Part shown: positions 27,655-38,239 of the stretch, piece after piece
Layout: each line of letters starts with the position of its first letter
Position numbering within the stretch: position 1 is the first letter of the stretch
Made by a program: the position numbers and the translations under genes
From: a virus
IMG/VR virus record: IMGVR_UViG_3300037418_003885
Span: 7,249 to 71,248 of that record
Length of the DNA: 64,000 nt
Strand: one strand, 5' to 3'
The notes under the pieces: generated by a model
Database searches by the model: none
What the model saw: the letters and a program-made list of their open reading frames with translations, nothing else
What the model was told of the DNA's origin: nothing

Positions 27655-28572
27655 ATGGGCGAGGCGCGGCGGCGTAAAGCAGCGGGTGAGTACGCGCAGA
27701 CACAGGTCATCGTCGAGTATGAAGATCAGCCATATGTAAAGATCGACGGTATAACGACCGAGGATGTGTTGCGAGCAATTCGACAGGCATTTCCACCCCC
27801 GCTGCCAAGCAGCCGAGAAATCTACGAGCGCATCTGCGCGATGCACACCGCGTTGCGGGAGGATGTGGCGAATATTCGCGACTACGGCTTGCCGGAATGT
27901 GACGATGGCCGGTTTCTGCGAGACCTGTTAATTGTGGTGGAGCACGCGCTAAGTCAACGCGATAAATCGATGAAACACGTTCGGGCGGTGATCTTGAACT
28001 ATCGAGCCGGGCAAAATCCATACGCGCCGGAGCGCCCGTCGTTTTCTGTGGTCGGGCTAGGCAGCGCGATCAGCAATGAGGAATTTCTCCAAGCAGCGCC
28101 GACCAAGCACGCCTACATATCGAGGCCAGACGGCACGATGGAGAAGATCACAAAACCACCGCGCGGGGCGGTCGGTGTCGAATGCCGCATTGCCGGGTTT
28201 TGGCGCAACGATCAGCCGAACGGCATCTGTATCAAAGTTGCGCCCAATCCCGACCCGCAGCTTTACGCCCAGAGCGTCGCCGAAATCCGTCTGGCGGCCG
28301 AGGCCATCGACCTGCTGGTGGCCGATTATATCGCTGCTGATCGATCGCAAAGTGATTGTTTGCGGATTCTTGAAGCCTTTGCCGCACGCGGGCGCGATGC
28401 GGTTGTGCCCATACCTGAAGCCGTGCAGATCATGGCGACAATTAGCTATATGGAAGATCGCGGCTGGCTGGTCAGCGACGAGTTTAACGGCATGCAGTGG
28501 TTCTATGTTGATGCTACAGGCGCCACTGAGATTCGCGGCGATAAGCCACCCCGCCGCCACTCGTATCATTAA
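27655..28572 (+). CDS. Hypothetical protein (MGEARRRK start)
   Basis: 305-aa ORF with RBS. Confidence 0.6.
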   Translation: MGEARRRKAAGEYAQTQVIVEYEDQPYVKIDGITTEDVLRAIRQAFPPPLPSSREIYERICAMHTALREDVANIRDYGLPECDDGRFLRDLLIVVEHALSQRDKSMKHVRAVILNYRAGQNPYAPERPSFSVVGLGSAISNEEFLQAAPTKHAYISRPDGTMEKITKPPRGAVGVECRIAGFWRNDQPNGICIKVAPNPDPQLYAQSVAEIRLAAEAIDLLVADYIAADRSQSDCLRILEAFAARGRDAVVPIPEAVQIMATISYMEDRGWLVSDEFNGMQWFYVDATGATEIRGDKPPRRHSYH

Positions 28573-28677
28573 GCCATCTGGGAGGGTCCTAGGCGCCGTT
28601 GCTGCGCGCAATCCGCTCAGCAGGTGCGCCAATACGACACGCCGCCTACGACCCCTCAGAGCCGTCGCAAAAGGCTA

Positions 28678-29439
28678 CTAGAGAATAACGACCTTGCCCT
28701 TGACCGAGGCCAGCATTTCACGGAAGCGCTTGGTCAAGACGGCCGCAATTTTATCCAGCAATTCATTGGCCTCAGCGGCCAAGCCGTCGCGCGACTTGGG
28801 TCCGTCGGCGGTCTCAATGGTCAAAGGTTCATTGAAGTGAAGGAACTTGAGACTGCCGGTGATCATGTACTGTGAAAATAATTCGAAGACGAACTCGTGG
28901 GTATTGTTGAGCCGCTTTTGGCGCACCGACTTCATCGTGCCGATGGCGTACACTACGTCGATTGAACGGACATCAAGGGCATCGCCGACATAGCTCAATA
29001 CGTCCCTTAGCGTGTGATACAGGTTGGTGAAGACCTGCGGCTCGGCAAAGGCGATAGCGTGGCCGATGCGATGCGCCATGATCCACGGTGTCAGCGGAAT
29101 GCGATTGTTGCCCTCATTGTTAGTATAGACCATCTGGATGGCGTCGGGTGTTGACGGCGGCGGTAACTTGCGATGCAAGCGGCGCTCCGCACCGGCATGA
29201 TCCCAGATACCGGCGATTCTCTCCGCCAGTGCCAAAACGTCACCGACCTTCGAGACCAGGGGCACAAAGATCAAGTCGATGGTCTCGGGGATGTTGCGAA
29301 AGGCGTGCTGCACCTTCGGCAGCGTCTGGTCGTACTGAATGATGCGGCGATCACTGGGCTGAAATGAGCCACGCTCAGAGAAATCGCCGACCACGTCATA
29401 CGAACCCAGGGGGGCCTCAAAGAGATCAATGATGTGCAT
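28678..29439 (-). CDS. Leader-bearing protein (MHIIDLFE), conserved phage hypothetical
   Basis: TAAATA 4 nt upstream (29444-29449); 'PLTPWIMAHRIGHA' motif. Confidence 0.7.
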   Translation of the reverse strand: MHIIDLFEAPLGSYDVVGDFSERGSFQPSDRRIIQYDQTLPKVQHAFRNIPETIDLIFVPLVSKVGDVLALAERIAGIWDHAGAERRLHRKLPPPSTPDAIQMVYTNNEGNNRIPLTPWIMAHRIGHAIAFAEPQVFTNLYHTLRDVLSYVGDALDVRSIDVVYAIGTMKSVRQKRLNNTHEFVFELFSQYMITGSLKFLHFNEPLTIETADGPKSRDGLAAEANELLDKIAAVLTKRFREMLASVKGKVVIL

Positions 29440-29489
29440 GATGTATTTACCTTAAAGGCTGATCTAAATAGCCTGGGAGGCTGATCACC

Positions 29490-29936
29490 ATGGACGCACT
29501 AGTTGATATAATGAAGGTGACGTTAGGCACTACTTTTGTCTTCTATGTCACGTGCCACGCTTATCACTGGAATTGCGAAGGACCGTTTTTCCCAGTCTAT
29601 CATGCCTTGTTTGGTAAAATTTATACCGACGTCTGGAACTCGATCGACGATATGGCTGAGCAAATTCGTCAGCTTGATGCCTATGCTCCGGCGTCGCTGG
29701 AGCGGATGATCGCTTTGTCGCGCATTAATCGCAGTAATAGCGGCATGCTGCCGACGGGTCAGATGCTGACCGGCCTGTTTGAAGACAATGACGTTGTCAT
29801 TGCCGTGCTGACCGAGGCACTGCACGTAGCAGAGGCCGAAGATAAACAAGGTTTAGTCAATTTTCTCGCCGGGCGGCTAGAGGCGCACAGCAAATGGCGC
29901 TGGCAATTGCGTGCCAGCGCCAAACGAGTTGGCTAG
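29490..29936 (+). CDS. dps: Dps/ferritin-like DNA protection protein
   Basis: HAYHWN.EG..F...H..F...Y, D.MAEQIR, H.K..WQL ferroxidase motifs. Confidence 0.9.
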   Translation: MDALVDIMKVTLGTTFVFYVTCHAYHWNCEGPFFPVYHALFGKIYTDVWNSIDDMAEQIRQLDAYAPASLERMIALSRINRSNSGMLPTGQMLTGLFEDNDVVIAVLTEALHVAEAEDKQGLVNFLAGRLEAHSKWRWQLRASAKRVG

Positions 29937-29986
29937 TGGCGACTCCCGCCAGCAAAAGCGAGGCGGTGCCGGCATTCATCGGCTGA

Positions 29987-31018
29987 TCATTGCGCCCCGC
30001 TCGGGTTTGGTTCCAGAAGACCAAATACCCCGTGTTGCCGGTCGGTCCCTCCCGCCGTGAAATATAAAGCGTAGGGTTCGCCGGCCAGGGTGCCATTGCC
30101 GGGCGAGATCGACCACAGTCCCGGGTTCGTAATTGAGTTGCCGTCTCGGTCAGTCAGCGGTCCGAGAAACTCGTGTGTCATCGGGTCGAACACGTTGATC
30201 GCCCCGTCGCCATTGTTGCCGATCAGCAGCTTGTTGGCAAATGCTCCAAAGCTCTGCGGCGCGATCGCTAGCCCGTAAGGATTGCTTAACGGACTGCCGA
30301 TCGCCACTTGCGCAACCCCGTTGCCGTCGAGGTCGTACTGCTCCACCACCGGGCGCAGGCCAGTTATTGAGCCGGGCGTGTTGCGAGGCAGATACGTGAC
30401 ATACAATTGGTTGTTCAACACGGCGACGCCGAACGGCGCGAGATTGGCGGTGAACGAGATACTTTTAATCAGTCTAAAATGGCTATCATACATATCGACG
30501 GTGTTGCCGGCGTTGTTCGCCGCGTACAGCGTCGGGCCGGTGGAACTGGTGCCAATTGCCAGTCCGGTGTAAACAGCCCCCGGCGTTGTGACGTCAACTT
30601 CGGTTTTGGCCCCGAGCGCCTGATTCCAGCCGCTGATTGTGCCGTTGGTGGAGGCGAACAAAAACGTCGCCGGTTGGCCGTTCGGCAGCACAAAGGCGTT
30701 TGGAAAACTGTTGAACACTGCGCCGCTCGGCGACGGCGTCGAAATCGGTGGCAACAGGTTCAGGAACGGCGCGCCGCGTGACGCGCTAAGTCCCGATGGT
30801 TCAGTGAGGGCATCGACGCTCGCCAAGTTCCTGCCCTCTTCTGCGAGCCAGAACGGCCCTTGCGGCGCAAACGACATACCCAACGGATTGATAAGGTTGG
30901 CGTCGATGACCGACGCCGGAACTATGCCGTCCGAAATGATATTGGTTTGTGTGAAGGTGGGTTTCAGTGGATGCGTCGAGATGGCGCTAATGACCGCAGA
31001 GGTCGTCGTATCGCTCAT
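29987..31018 (-). CDS. TIGR03118-family beta-propeller-like protein, copy 1
   Basis: 'QTNIISD..DANLINPLG', 'AVYTGLA', 'NPYGLAIAP..FG.F...LLIGN.GDG.IN.FD', 'LYFTAG'. Confidence 0.85.
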   Translation of the reverse strand: MSDTTTSAVISAISTHPLKPTFTQTNIISDGIVPASVIDANLINPLGMSFAPQGPFWLAEEGRNLASVDALTEPSGLSASRGAPFLNLLPPISTPSPSGAVFNSFPNAFVLPNGQPATFLFASTNGTISGWNQALGAKTEVDVTTPGAVYTGLAIGTSSTGPTLYAANNAGNTVDMYDSHFRLIKSISFTANLAPFGVAVLNNQLYVTYLPRNTPGSITGLRPVVEQYDLDGNGVAQVAIGSPLSNPYGLAIAPQSFGAFANKLLIGNNGDGAINVFDPMTHEFLGPLTDRDGNSITNPGLWSISPGNGTLAGEPYALYFTAGGTDRQHGVFGLLEPNPSGAQ

Positions 31019-31373
31019 TTTTTAGCTCTCCTTGTTTGCCTGCGTTGACCGAGCGGCGCCGCTTTTTCAACTCGTCGATCGCCGCGCGAATATTGAGAAT
31101 AAGGTCAGGGATGCCAGCTTCTTCAGGATCGCCCGGAAAGCTGTGTATGGTCGTCTCCAGTTTGTTCGCGACCGCTTTGGCTTCCAGCAGCGTTAGACCG
31201 AGACCAACCGGGCCTATTGTCGGATGTTCGATCATCAGCACCAGCATCTCGGTATCCGGCTGATCCACCGGCGAAGCGAGATAGACGGTGACGTAAGCGT
31301 CGGGTGGGGCAACGAAATACGCGCGTAAAAACTCACTGAGACCGTCAGGGCCGGTTTTAACCGAGGTTTTCAT
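30987..31373 (-). CDS. Hypothetical protein
   Basis: ORF overlapping the start of the downstream gene. Confidence 0.5.
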   Translation of the reverse strand: MKTSVKTGPDGLSEFLRAYFVAPPDAYVTVYLASPVDQPDTEMLVLMIEHPTIGPVGLGLTLLEAKAVANKLETTIHSFPGDPEEAGIPDLILNIRAAIDELKKRRRSVNAGKQGELKNERYDDLCGH

Positions 31374-31639
31374 AATGACGGCACCCTGTGTTTGATCAAG
31401 CCCGTTGTACTACCATACATTGCAAATTCTCCTGTTTGGGCCTGCGTCAGTATAGTGCACGGTGCGTCATTAGGCCGCACACGCTTTCGTAAGCTCCTGA
31501 TTGTGCCGGTACATTGATCGGACAAAAGGCCCGCGTAAGCGTATGCTGCTCTCTTATCGTGACTACTGGCGTCAGTAATGACGCTGCTGCGACCGTCGAA
31601 CGACGTACAGTCACTTGACCTTGTATACAGAGGAGAGCA

Positions 31640-32881
31640 GTGATGAGCGGCACGATAACAGTAACCGGCGGCAGTGCCACGGGCGGCAGTGCCACGGGCG
31701 GTAGCGTCGGACCTAATGGGGCAACCCCTGGCACAGCGACGGCCGGTACAGCGACGGCTGGAACGATCATCAATGGAAGCGGTACAGTCACGCCCGGCAC
31801 CGCGACGAGCGGAAGTGGTGGCGCGGGCGTCGGGGGCAGTGCGATCGGCGGCAACGCGACGAGCACGCCGTTGGTCACGCCGCAGACAACTCCGTTGGTG
31901 ACGCCCCAGACCCTGTTGTTGCCGAGCACACCCAAATTTATTCAAACCAACCTGATTTCCGACGGCTCTGTTCCGGCGAAGGTGACCGACCCGAATCTGA
32001 TCAACCCTTGGGGTGTCTCATTTTCGGCAACCAGCCCGTTCTCGGTTTCCGACCAGGGGACGAATTTCGCCAGCCTGGATTCCGTGACGACCAGCGCGAC
32101 GGGTGACAACTCGGTGGCGCTGAACGTCTTTCCACCGCTGGCAACACCCTCGCCAACCGGGCAAGTCTTCAATAGTTTTCCGAGCGCCTTTGCGCTGACC
32201 AACGGGCAACCGGCTACTATCCTCTTCGCCTCGACGGCCGGGCAGATCATCGGCTGGAACGGGGGCGCCCAGGCGACCATCGGCGTGAATAACCCGAACG
32301 CCGTTTACACCGGTTTGGCGATCGGCATGAGTGCTAGCGGGCCGACGCTCTACGCCGCAAACGCGCGCGCGGGCACCGTCGATATGTACGACGGCAGCTT
32401 CAAACTAATAAAGACCATTTCGGACCCGTCGATCCCGCCCGGCTTCACCCCGTACGGAGTTCAGGTGCTGAAAAATCAGTTGTTCGTCACTCATGCTCCG
32501 GCGAATAGCCGCCTTAATGGCGCCGGACAGGGCATGGTTGATCAGTTCGACCTCAACGGTAACCGCGTCGGTCTGGTCGCGGCTGGCAATCCGTTGAACG
32601 CGCCGTGGGGTTTAGCCATCGCCCCGTCAAGCTTCGGTGCGTTTGCAGGCGCGTTGCTGGTTGGAAATTTCGGTGACGGAACTATCAGCGCGTTTGACTA
32701 CTCGACACATGCGTTCCTCGGTCAACTCAACGGAACCGACGGGCAGCCGCTCGTCAACCAAGACCTCTGGGCGATCACGCCGGGCAATGGCGGCTCAGCC
32801 GGCGATCCGTACCAATTATACTTTACGGCTGGACTCATGGACGAACGGCACGGCTTGTTCGGCAGCATCAAGGCGGCTTAA
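31640..32881 (+). CDS. TIGR03118-family protein, copy 2, with G/T-rich low-complexity N-terminus
   Basis: Same motifs as copy 1; GGSAT, TATAG and TPLVTPQT repeats. Confidence 0.85.
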   Translation: MMSGTITVTGGSATGGSATGGSVGPNGATPGTATAGTATAGTIINGSGTVTPGTATSGSGGAGVGGSAIGGNATSTPLVTPQTTPLVTPQTLLLPSTPKFIQTNLISDGSVPAKVTDPNLINPWGVSFSATSPFSVSDQGTNFASLDSVTTSATGDNSVALNVFPPLATPSPTGQVFNSFPSAFALTNGQPATILFASTAGQIIGWNGGAQATIGVNNPNAVYTGLAIGMSASGPTLYAANARAGTVDMYDGSFKLIKTISDPSIPPGFTPYGVQVLKNQLFVTHAPANSRLNGAGQGMVDQFDLNGNRVGLVAAGNPLNAPWGLAIAPSSFGAFAGALLVGNFGDGTISAFDYSTHAFLGQLNGTDGQPLVNQDLWAITPGNGGSAGDPYQLYFTAGLMDERHGLFGSIKAA

Positions 32882-32909
32882 GCGACCCACAGCGAATTAG
32901 GAGCGTGTC

Positions 32910-33509
32910 ATGCCAGATGAAGAGTTCGAACGCTGGCGACAAAGAGGTAAAGGCGCCGCTGCGCGCTATACGATGAACCTCGATGAACTGGGGCTGACAT
33001 TATGCGCCCGCTGGGGCGTGCAGCACGATGAGCGGTTGAACCTCGATGTGCTGCGCGTTTTGGAAATGGACGAACTTGCTCGCTATCTAGACGGCGAGCT
33101 TTCGGACGGGCGTTTTGCAGCGATCTATTTTGCATTTCAGCGCATCTTGCGCACCTATCGCTTTCCCGAACTTGATATGAACGTTCTTATCGACATGGAT
33201 ACAATCCTGGCTGATGTGCTGTATCCAGATGATGAGGACGAGGACAATAAGAGCATAATAGCGCCCCCGATCGATGTAAACGAGAAGTGGCTCGACTGGG
33301 TCATTCGCGTGCTGAAACTCGATAATCGCTCGGACTGGGGACCACTGTTTCTCGACATCGAGCCGCTACTCGACTCACTCGATCATTCAGCAGGTCCGCC
33401 TGACGACACTGAAAAGGAAGCGGCGCGGCTGCTTGATATCGTCATAGCGTGTAAGCGGCTGGAGGTGCTTGGGATTCAGCCGACCAATTCTCCGAACAAG
33501 CCGGAGTAG
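32910..33509 (+). CDS. Hypothetical acidic protein
   Basis: GGAG RBS; 199 aa. Confidence 0.55.
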   Translation: MPDEEFERWRQRGKGAAARYTMNLDELGLTLCARWGVQHDERLNLDVLRVLEMDELARYLDGELSDGRFAAIYFAFQRILRTYRFPELDMNVLIDMDTILADVLYPDDEDEDNKSIIAPPIDVNEKWLDWVIRVLKLDNRSDWGPLFLDIEPLLDSLDHSAGPPDDTEKEAARLLDIVIACKRLEVLGIQPTNSPNKPE

Positions 33510-33634
33510 TAGGCTGCACAACGCGCCGCGAACTCCCGAAAATGTGTTTCTGAGAACTTTCGCCAGCGCTGTACGTTTCGCTGCTACTTGCGGTAGGACT
33601 CCCAGGCCGGCGTGTATCCGGCAGGGAGGAAACT

Positions 33635-33808
33635 ATGAGAGTAGAACGCAATTCTTTGGTGGAACTGACTGACGCTGAGTTGGATCAGGTGTCCGGCGGC
33701 GCGAATATCGATCAAGGCAGCGGCAAGAACCCGAGCGGCAATAAGGTCGGACCGTTTGAGGGTAATCCGCATGATCAGCCGGGCGCAAACGCCCTGGTAA
33801 CCCCCTAA
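33635..33808 (+). CDS. Second double-glycine-leader peptide precursor (57 aa, not in the ORF track)
   Basis: GGAGG RBS; MRVERNSLVELTDAELDQVSGG followed by ANIDQGSGKNPSGNKVGPFEGNPHDQPGANALVTP; terminator follows. Confidence 0.75.
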   Translation: MRVERNSLVELTDAELDQVSGGANIDQGSGKNPSGNKVGPFEGNPHDQPGANALVTP

Positions 33809-33824
33809 AATTACTTTTGCATTG

Positions 33825-33849
33825 AGCCCCGTTCGCGGGGCTTTTTTTT
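33825..33849 (+). terminator. Intrinsic terminator
   Basis: AGCCCCG-ttcg-CGGGGCT followed by a T-run. Confidence 0.8.
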
Positions 33850-34289
33850 GTGTCTCACGTGCGCTTTGAAGGCCAAGCATCGCACGACCGCGATGTTCAT
33901 GTGCTTGCTGCTGATAAACAGCACGTCGCGTGGGCCGCGTGCAGCAATGAACGGCGCTACTAGACGCTCGTTCGCCCAGCCGCGTTCGGCATATTCATGG
34001 GACGCTCGCACAGCGTTTGTACCGCGTCGCGCATGGTTTGATCGTGCCAACTCGCCCATCGGCTCGCATGGCAGATGATGTTTTGCTTTGGAAACAGGCC
34101 AGCGTGGTCGATTTCGATGCGCGCCTCAAGGCGCTGTAGCGTCGTCATTTCCACCATCCCGATGCTCCTTTTCGGTTTAAAGCTACAGAGCATAGCGTGG
34201 GCGATGTTGCTGTCTATGGCCGATTGGTGCAAAAGAAAACCCCGGCTTTCGCCGGGGTGTTTAACCAATGCTACTAAATGATAATATCA

Positions 34290-34541
34290 TTAATGCCGAT
34301 TGAGAGTTGGATCAGCAACGATGCCCGCGACGTCATTTACTACATACTCGCCACAGACACCTGCGACGATGACATCGCGAACAAGGTTATGAATTATACC
34401 CAACTTGATCGTGTTTAGGTCTACGCCGTGGCCCGCTGCGAGGTAATTTTCCGCAGCAGTCGAAACAATGTTGGTAAGCACATCCGCATATTCCATTGAT
34501 TCGTTCATCATTTCAAGAGTAAGTCCGTCGATATCTTCCAT
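34290..34541 (-). CDS. Hypothetical protein
   Basis: GGAGG RBS. Confidence 0.55.
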   Translation of the reverse strand: MEDIDGLTLEMMNESMEYADVLTNIVSTAAENYLAAGHGVDLNTIKLGIIHNLVRDVIVAGVCGEYVVNDVAGIVADPTLNRH

Positions 34542-34571
34542 GTTTTTACCTCCAGTGTTAATTGAAAGTTC

Positions 34572-36017
34572 TTATCTTGACCGCTTCTTCATGACAGCGG
34601 GCATATAATGCGGGTCGAACCAGCTTTCGTTTTTGAGGACTTTATGGAGTGACGCTCTACAAACGTTATATTTTTTTTCAAATGATGCCATCTGACCTCG
34701 TTCGCCAGTGAACGAGGTTCTTATTTCATTAACAAGCTCCCAAGTCAAGTCTGAATTATTCCGTCGAGCTTCACCTTTGCTTAGCTTAGATAGCACGTTG
34801 GCTCGTTCTTTCGGGGCGGCTTTCAGAATCTTGTCGCGAGCTTCGACAGCTTCCCCCACCGTGTCGAAGCGACCGTACATTACGCCTTCGACTTTGACCA
34901 TCCATTTCTCGCGGCTGGCGTCAAACGTGACGCCATATTCGCCCGACTGTGGCAGGTTCTTACGGCTGATGCGGCGTTTGCCTCTGGACCTTTCATGATA
35001 AGCTTTGGCTTTTTCAGATTGTTGTCCAATAGACATTTTGATTTTGTGCTCCTCCTTTCGCGGAACACCACGCATGCGTTCTGCCATCGCCCGTCGCGCC
35101 GTCGTTGAGCCTCCAATCTTAAGCTTCGTCTCCTCGCTTCTGGGTCTGCCGGTATTGACGAGGCGGGCGGCTTCCGTGGCTTTCTGTTGATGTTGGGGTG
35201 TGACTGTTAGCTTGGCTATTTCGGAGGCTCGTGCCCGCTGTTCAGGTGTGGCTGGGATGCCCTTATTCCAAGCCTCTTGACCTTTTTTGCTTTCTGAAAT
35301 CTTCTGTTTAACTTCATCCGACCATTCCAGCCCCTTGTTCCAAGGGATACGCCCTTTTAATTTTTCCCGCCACGCTTCTTTGTCTTCCTCGCTGAGGGCC
35401 GCCCAGTAAGCGTCACGAGCCGCGAAAAACGCTTCTTTGCGTTCAGCGGCCATGGGCACGCCTTTATTGTGAGGCGTTCTGCCTCTGGCTTTACCGGTTC
35501 GGCCTACCGACTGTCGTTGTAGGATTTCTCTTGCGGCTACTTCGCCGAAGATTTCAATGAACGTCTTACCCTTGCGGAGCGCGCTGTAATACTGTTTGAC
35601 GTCCGGATCGTTCATATAGGCTTTGGAAGCTTCGGATATTCTTCCCTTCTGATAGTCCGAGATGATTCTGCCTTTTAGCTTTTCAATCGTTTCGGGCGAC
35701 GACTTTGACCCGAGGCGAGAATTTGCCTTGGGAAGGATATTGTACTCAGGCATCAAGAGATCAATGTAATGCTGTTCTCTCGACGTCAGCGTTGCGCGCG
35801 TCGCTTCACATTCCTCTAGAACAATGAACGTAAAATGCTCTAGGCCATACTTCCGGATCGCTGGATATAATTTACTCCGTGTCGGATAGTCTGGATTGAA
35901 TGCGTCTAGCCGATGTTGTGACCAACGATGATCAATGTTCTTGGATGAACCGACGTAGGATTTTCCGTTTACCTCGTTTACGATTTGGTAAACACCTGCC
36001 CTGATATGTTTTCTCAA
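34572..36017 (-). CDS. GIY-YIG homing endonuclease with NUMOD3-like repeats
   Basis: 'GVYQI.N.VNGKSYVGSS..I..RW.QH', 'REQHYID', 'YN'; repeated (P/A)(W/H)NKG and SEETK motifs. Confidence 0.9.
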   Translation of the reverse strand: MRKHIRAGVYQIVNEVNGKSYVGSSKNIDHRWSQHRLDAFNPDYPTRSKLYPAIRKYGLEHFTFIVLEECEATRATLTSREQHYIDLLMPEYNILPKANSRLGSKSSPETIEKLKGRIISDYQKGRISEASKAYMNDPDVKQYYSALRKGKTFIEIFGEVAAREILQRQSVGRTGKARGRTPHNKGVPMAAERKEAFFAARDAYWAALSEEDKEAWREKLKGRIPWNKGLEWSDEVKQKISESKKGQEAWNKGIPATPEQRARASEIAKLTVTPQHQQKATEAARLVNTGRPRSEETKLKIGGSTTARRAMAERMRGVPRKEEHKIKMSIGQQSEKAKAYHERSRGKRRISRKNLPQSGEYGVTFDASREKWMVKVEGVMYGRFDTVGEAVEARDKILKAAPKERANVLSKLSKGEARRNNSDLTWELVNEIRTSFTGERGQMASFEKKYNVCRASLHKVLKNESWFDPHYMPAVMKKRSR

Positions 36018-36089
36018 AATATTCTCATAAAAAAACCCGTTGACTTGGATTAGCCAACGGGTTTATTTATCAAGGTGTCAAAAAAAGAA

Positions 36090-36815
36090 TCAACTGATTC
36101 GTAGCAACGCAGCGGCGCTCGTTGTCGGCGGCATTACTACGGTGAAGTTCCCGGCTGACACCGTCTGAGTGCCACCGAAGTCAAAAACTCCACACGCACG
36201 GTTCAAGCCGGTCGTTACTGTTCCCGTCTGAGACGCCCCGCCCGAGCGCGTCGAGGTGATCGACGCACCGTTCACACCGTTGACCAAGTTTCCAGCGTTG
36301 TAGATCATGCAGCCAATGGTCGAGAACGTCGCCGTGGTCCAGGTCGGATTGGCGAAGCTGACGATCGCCGTGGAGGTGCCGGTCAGCACCGGCGTGACGT
36401 TGGTCAGCGCGAGGCCACCAGCGGAATAGCCGGTGCCGGAGGCTTCATCCGATGCGCTGGTGATCTCAGCGTAATTGGTATTAGCGGCACCATACGTCGC
36501 CACCGAGGTGGCCTTGATCAGCGCCATCTTGAACACGTCGCCGTTGAAGGTGATCGCCGAGGTCGCGCCCGTCGAGGCGGCCGACGCGGTGAAGGCGTTG
36601 CTGCCGGTGATCGCCAACACTACCGTGTTGGTCGGCAACGTTGCTGAGGTGACCTGCATGCCGATGCTGACGCCGGTTAGCACGGGCGAAACGGCGGTGA
36701 ACGAGGTCGAGCCCGAAGAATTTGTGCACGTCGCTGCCAGCGGGGCGTTGAAGCAATGTCCGCCCTGCATGAGTTCCATCTTAAACGAGTTGCACATAGC
36801 CGTGGTAATTGCCAT
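36090..36815 (-). CDS. Virion structural protein
   Basis: 'MAITTAMCNSFK.EL', 'FK.AL', 'E.SGTGY.AGG', 'DFGG' phage structural family. Confidence 0.7.
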   Translation of the reverse strand: MAITTAMCNSFKMELMQGGHCFNAPLAATCTNSSGSTSFTAVSPVLTGVSIGMQVTSATLPTNTVVLAITGSNAFTASAASTGATSAITFNGDVFKMALIKATSVATYGAANTNYAEITSASDEASGTGYSAGGLALTNVTPVLTGTSTAIVSFANPTWTTATFSTIGCMIYNAGNLVNGVNGASITSTRSGGASQTGTVTTGLNRACGVFDFGGTQTVSAGNFTVVMPPTTSAAALLRIS

Positions 36816-36837
36816 CTGGGTAATCCTTTCTTATGAG

Positions 36838-37287
36838 TTAGCCGTGATACTTGGCGAAGTATTGCTTGCTCGGCTCACTCTCGTTATGCGCCGCATGCCA
36901 CAGCCGCTCGGCGTGCTGCACTGAGCGCACGTGTTGGGCCACCACCTCATGTATCGCCGCCTGCACTTCGGGATCGGCAAAATGCTGCTCCCACGGGGTG
37001 CCTTTCGCCGCCTTGGCGACATCGGCGACGACGTGATCGACGTAGTCAGCGGCATCGAGCGGGTTGTGGAAATGCTCAGCATCCTCCATCTTGCGCCGCT
37101 CGTCGTCGATCACCCTGCCGTGATGACCGGCGATGATTTCCGCCAGAGCGGTTTGCAGCTTCTGGCCGGCAATCAGGCGCTCGCCGATCAACGCAGCATC
37201 TTCCAATGGAAAGATCATTTCGGCGGTGCACATCGCCCACTTCTCGGGGGAGTGTGTGCCGTTATTAGTAATAAGAATCCGCGCCAT
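36838..37287 (-). CDS. Hypothetical late protein
   Basis: TAAATA at 37321-37326 upstream; GGAG RBS. Confidence 0.6.
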   Translation of the reverse strand: MARILITNNGTHSPEKWAMCTAEMIFPLEDAALIGERLIAGQKLQTALAEIIAGHHGRVIDDERRKMEDAEHFHNPLDAADYVDHVVADVAKAAKGTPWEQHFADPEVQAAIHEVVAQHVRSVQHAERLWHAAHNESEPSKQYFAKYHG

Positions 37288-37615
37288 AATTGGCTCCTGT
37301 GTTCCTGTATTCGAATGAACTATTTAGTCGGCAAGCTACTCGATGTCCCATTCAGCGAGATCATCTTCGAGCGTGGTCAAATATTCCAACATCAGATCGA
37401 GATCGGCGTCACTGATCAGGTTCTGTTGCCAACGATGGAACTCGGCGGTCGCCTCCGGCAACTCGGCGCTATTATGCTGACTGGCCTGTTGAATCTCATG
37501 CAGTCGTTTGGCGATGGCGTCATAATCATCTGCGATCATACTAAAATCCTCCTAGCAATAGAAAAAGGGAGCCGTGTGGTGCTCCCTCTTCATGATAGTT
37601 CTGTGCTGATAGCAA

Positions 37616-38239
37616 TTACAGCGATGGAATCTGCAAAATGAAGCTAGTGATCGATACATTGATCGTCGTGCTCAGCGTCGTGTTGCCGATGATGATATCG
37701 GTGCCCGAGGTGCCGACCGTAAAGTCAGCGACGACGGTGGCGGTGGCCGGGCCGAGATACTGCCAGACCACCTGTGAGGCGCTCGAAGCGTTGTCCACCA
37801 CCGGGCTGGTCGTCGCTGAAGGACCCGACCCAGACCCGGCCGAGGTACCGCCCTTCAAGCAGTAGTAGAGGTTGGAGTTGGCGGTGACGATTTTGCCGGC
37901 GGTATACGCGGTGTTGATCGCCCACGCCGTGGTGGCCATCGTGGCCCGCGCCCAGACCACAGTGCCGTTATTACTCGGCGCCACCGAACTGGCGACGAAG
38001 CTGGCAGTCTGCTGCTCAAAGCCAGGGCTAGAGCCGCCGGACGTGGGCGAGCCGGGGTTGACGTTGGAGGCGCCGAAGGCCGGAGTAGAAAAGGTGAAGG
38101 TGGCGAGCGGGGTGTTACCCGACAGACCGGTCTCGCTGTTCACTGGCTGCGTCCCGGAATAGAAAACAAGTGTGCCGCCAGCCAGCAACTCGGTCACTGA
38201 CGTCAGGGCGTTCACAGCGGATACCGTTGCGAGGTTCAA
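37616..38239 (-). CDS. Virion structural protein with a small carbohydrate-binding-like insert
   Basis: 'LVFYSGTQP...LATF' family; 'WAINTAYTAG.IV....LYYC..GGTS' insert. Confidence 0.6.
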   Translation of the reverse strand: MNLATVSAVNALTSVTELLAGGTLVFYSGTQPVNSETGLSGNTPLATFTFSTPAFGASNVNPGSPTSGGSSPGFEQQTASFVASSVAPSNNGTVVWARATMATTAWAINTAYTAGKIVTANSNLYYCLKGGTSAGSGSGPSATTSPVVDNASSASQVVWQYLGPATATVVADFTVGTSGTDIIIGNTTLSTTINVSITSFILQIPSL

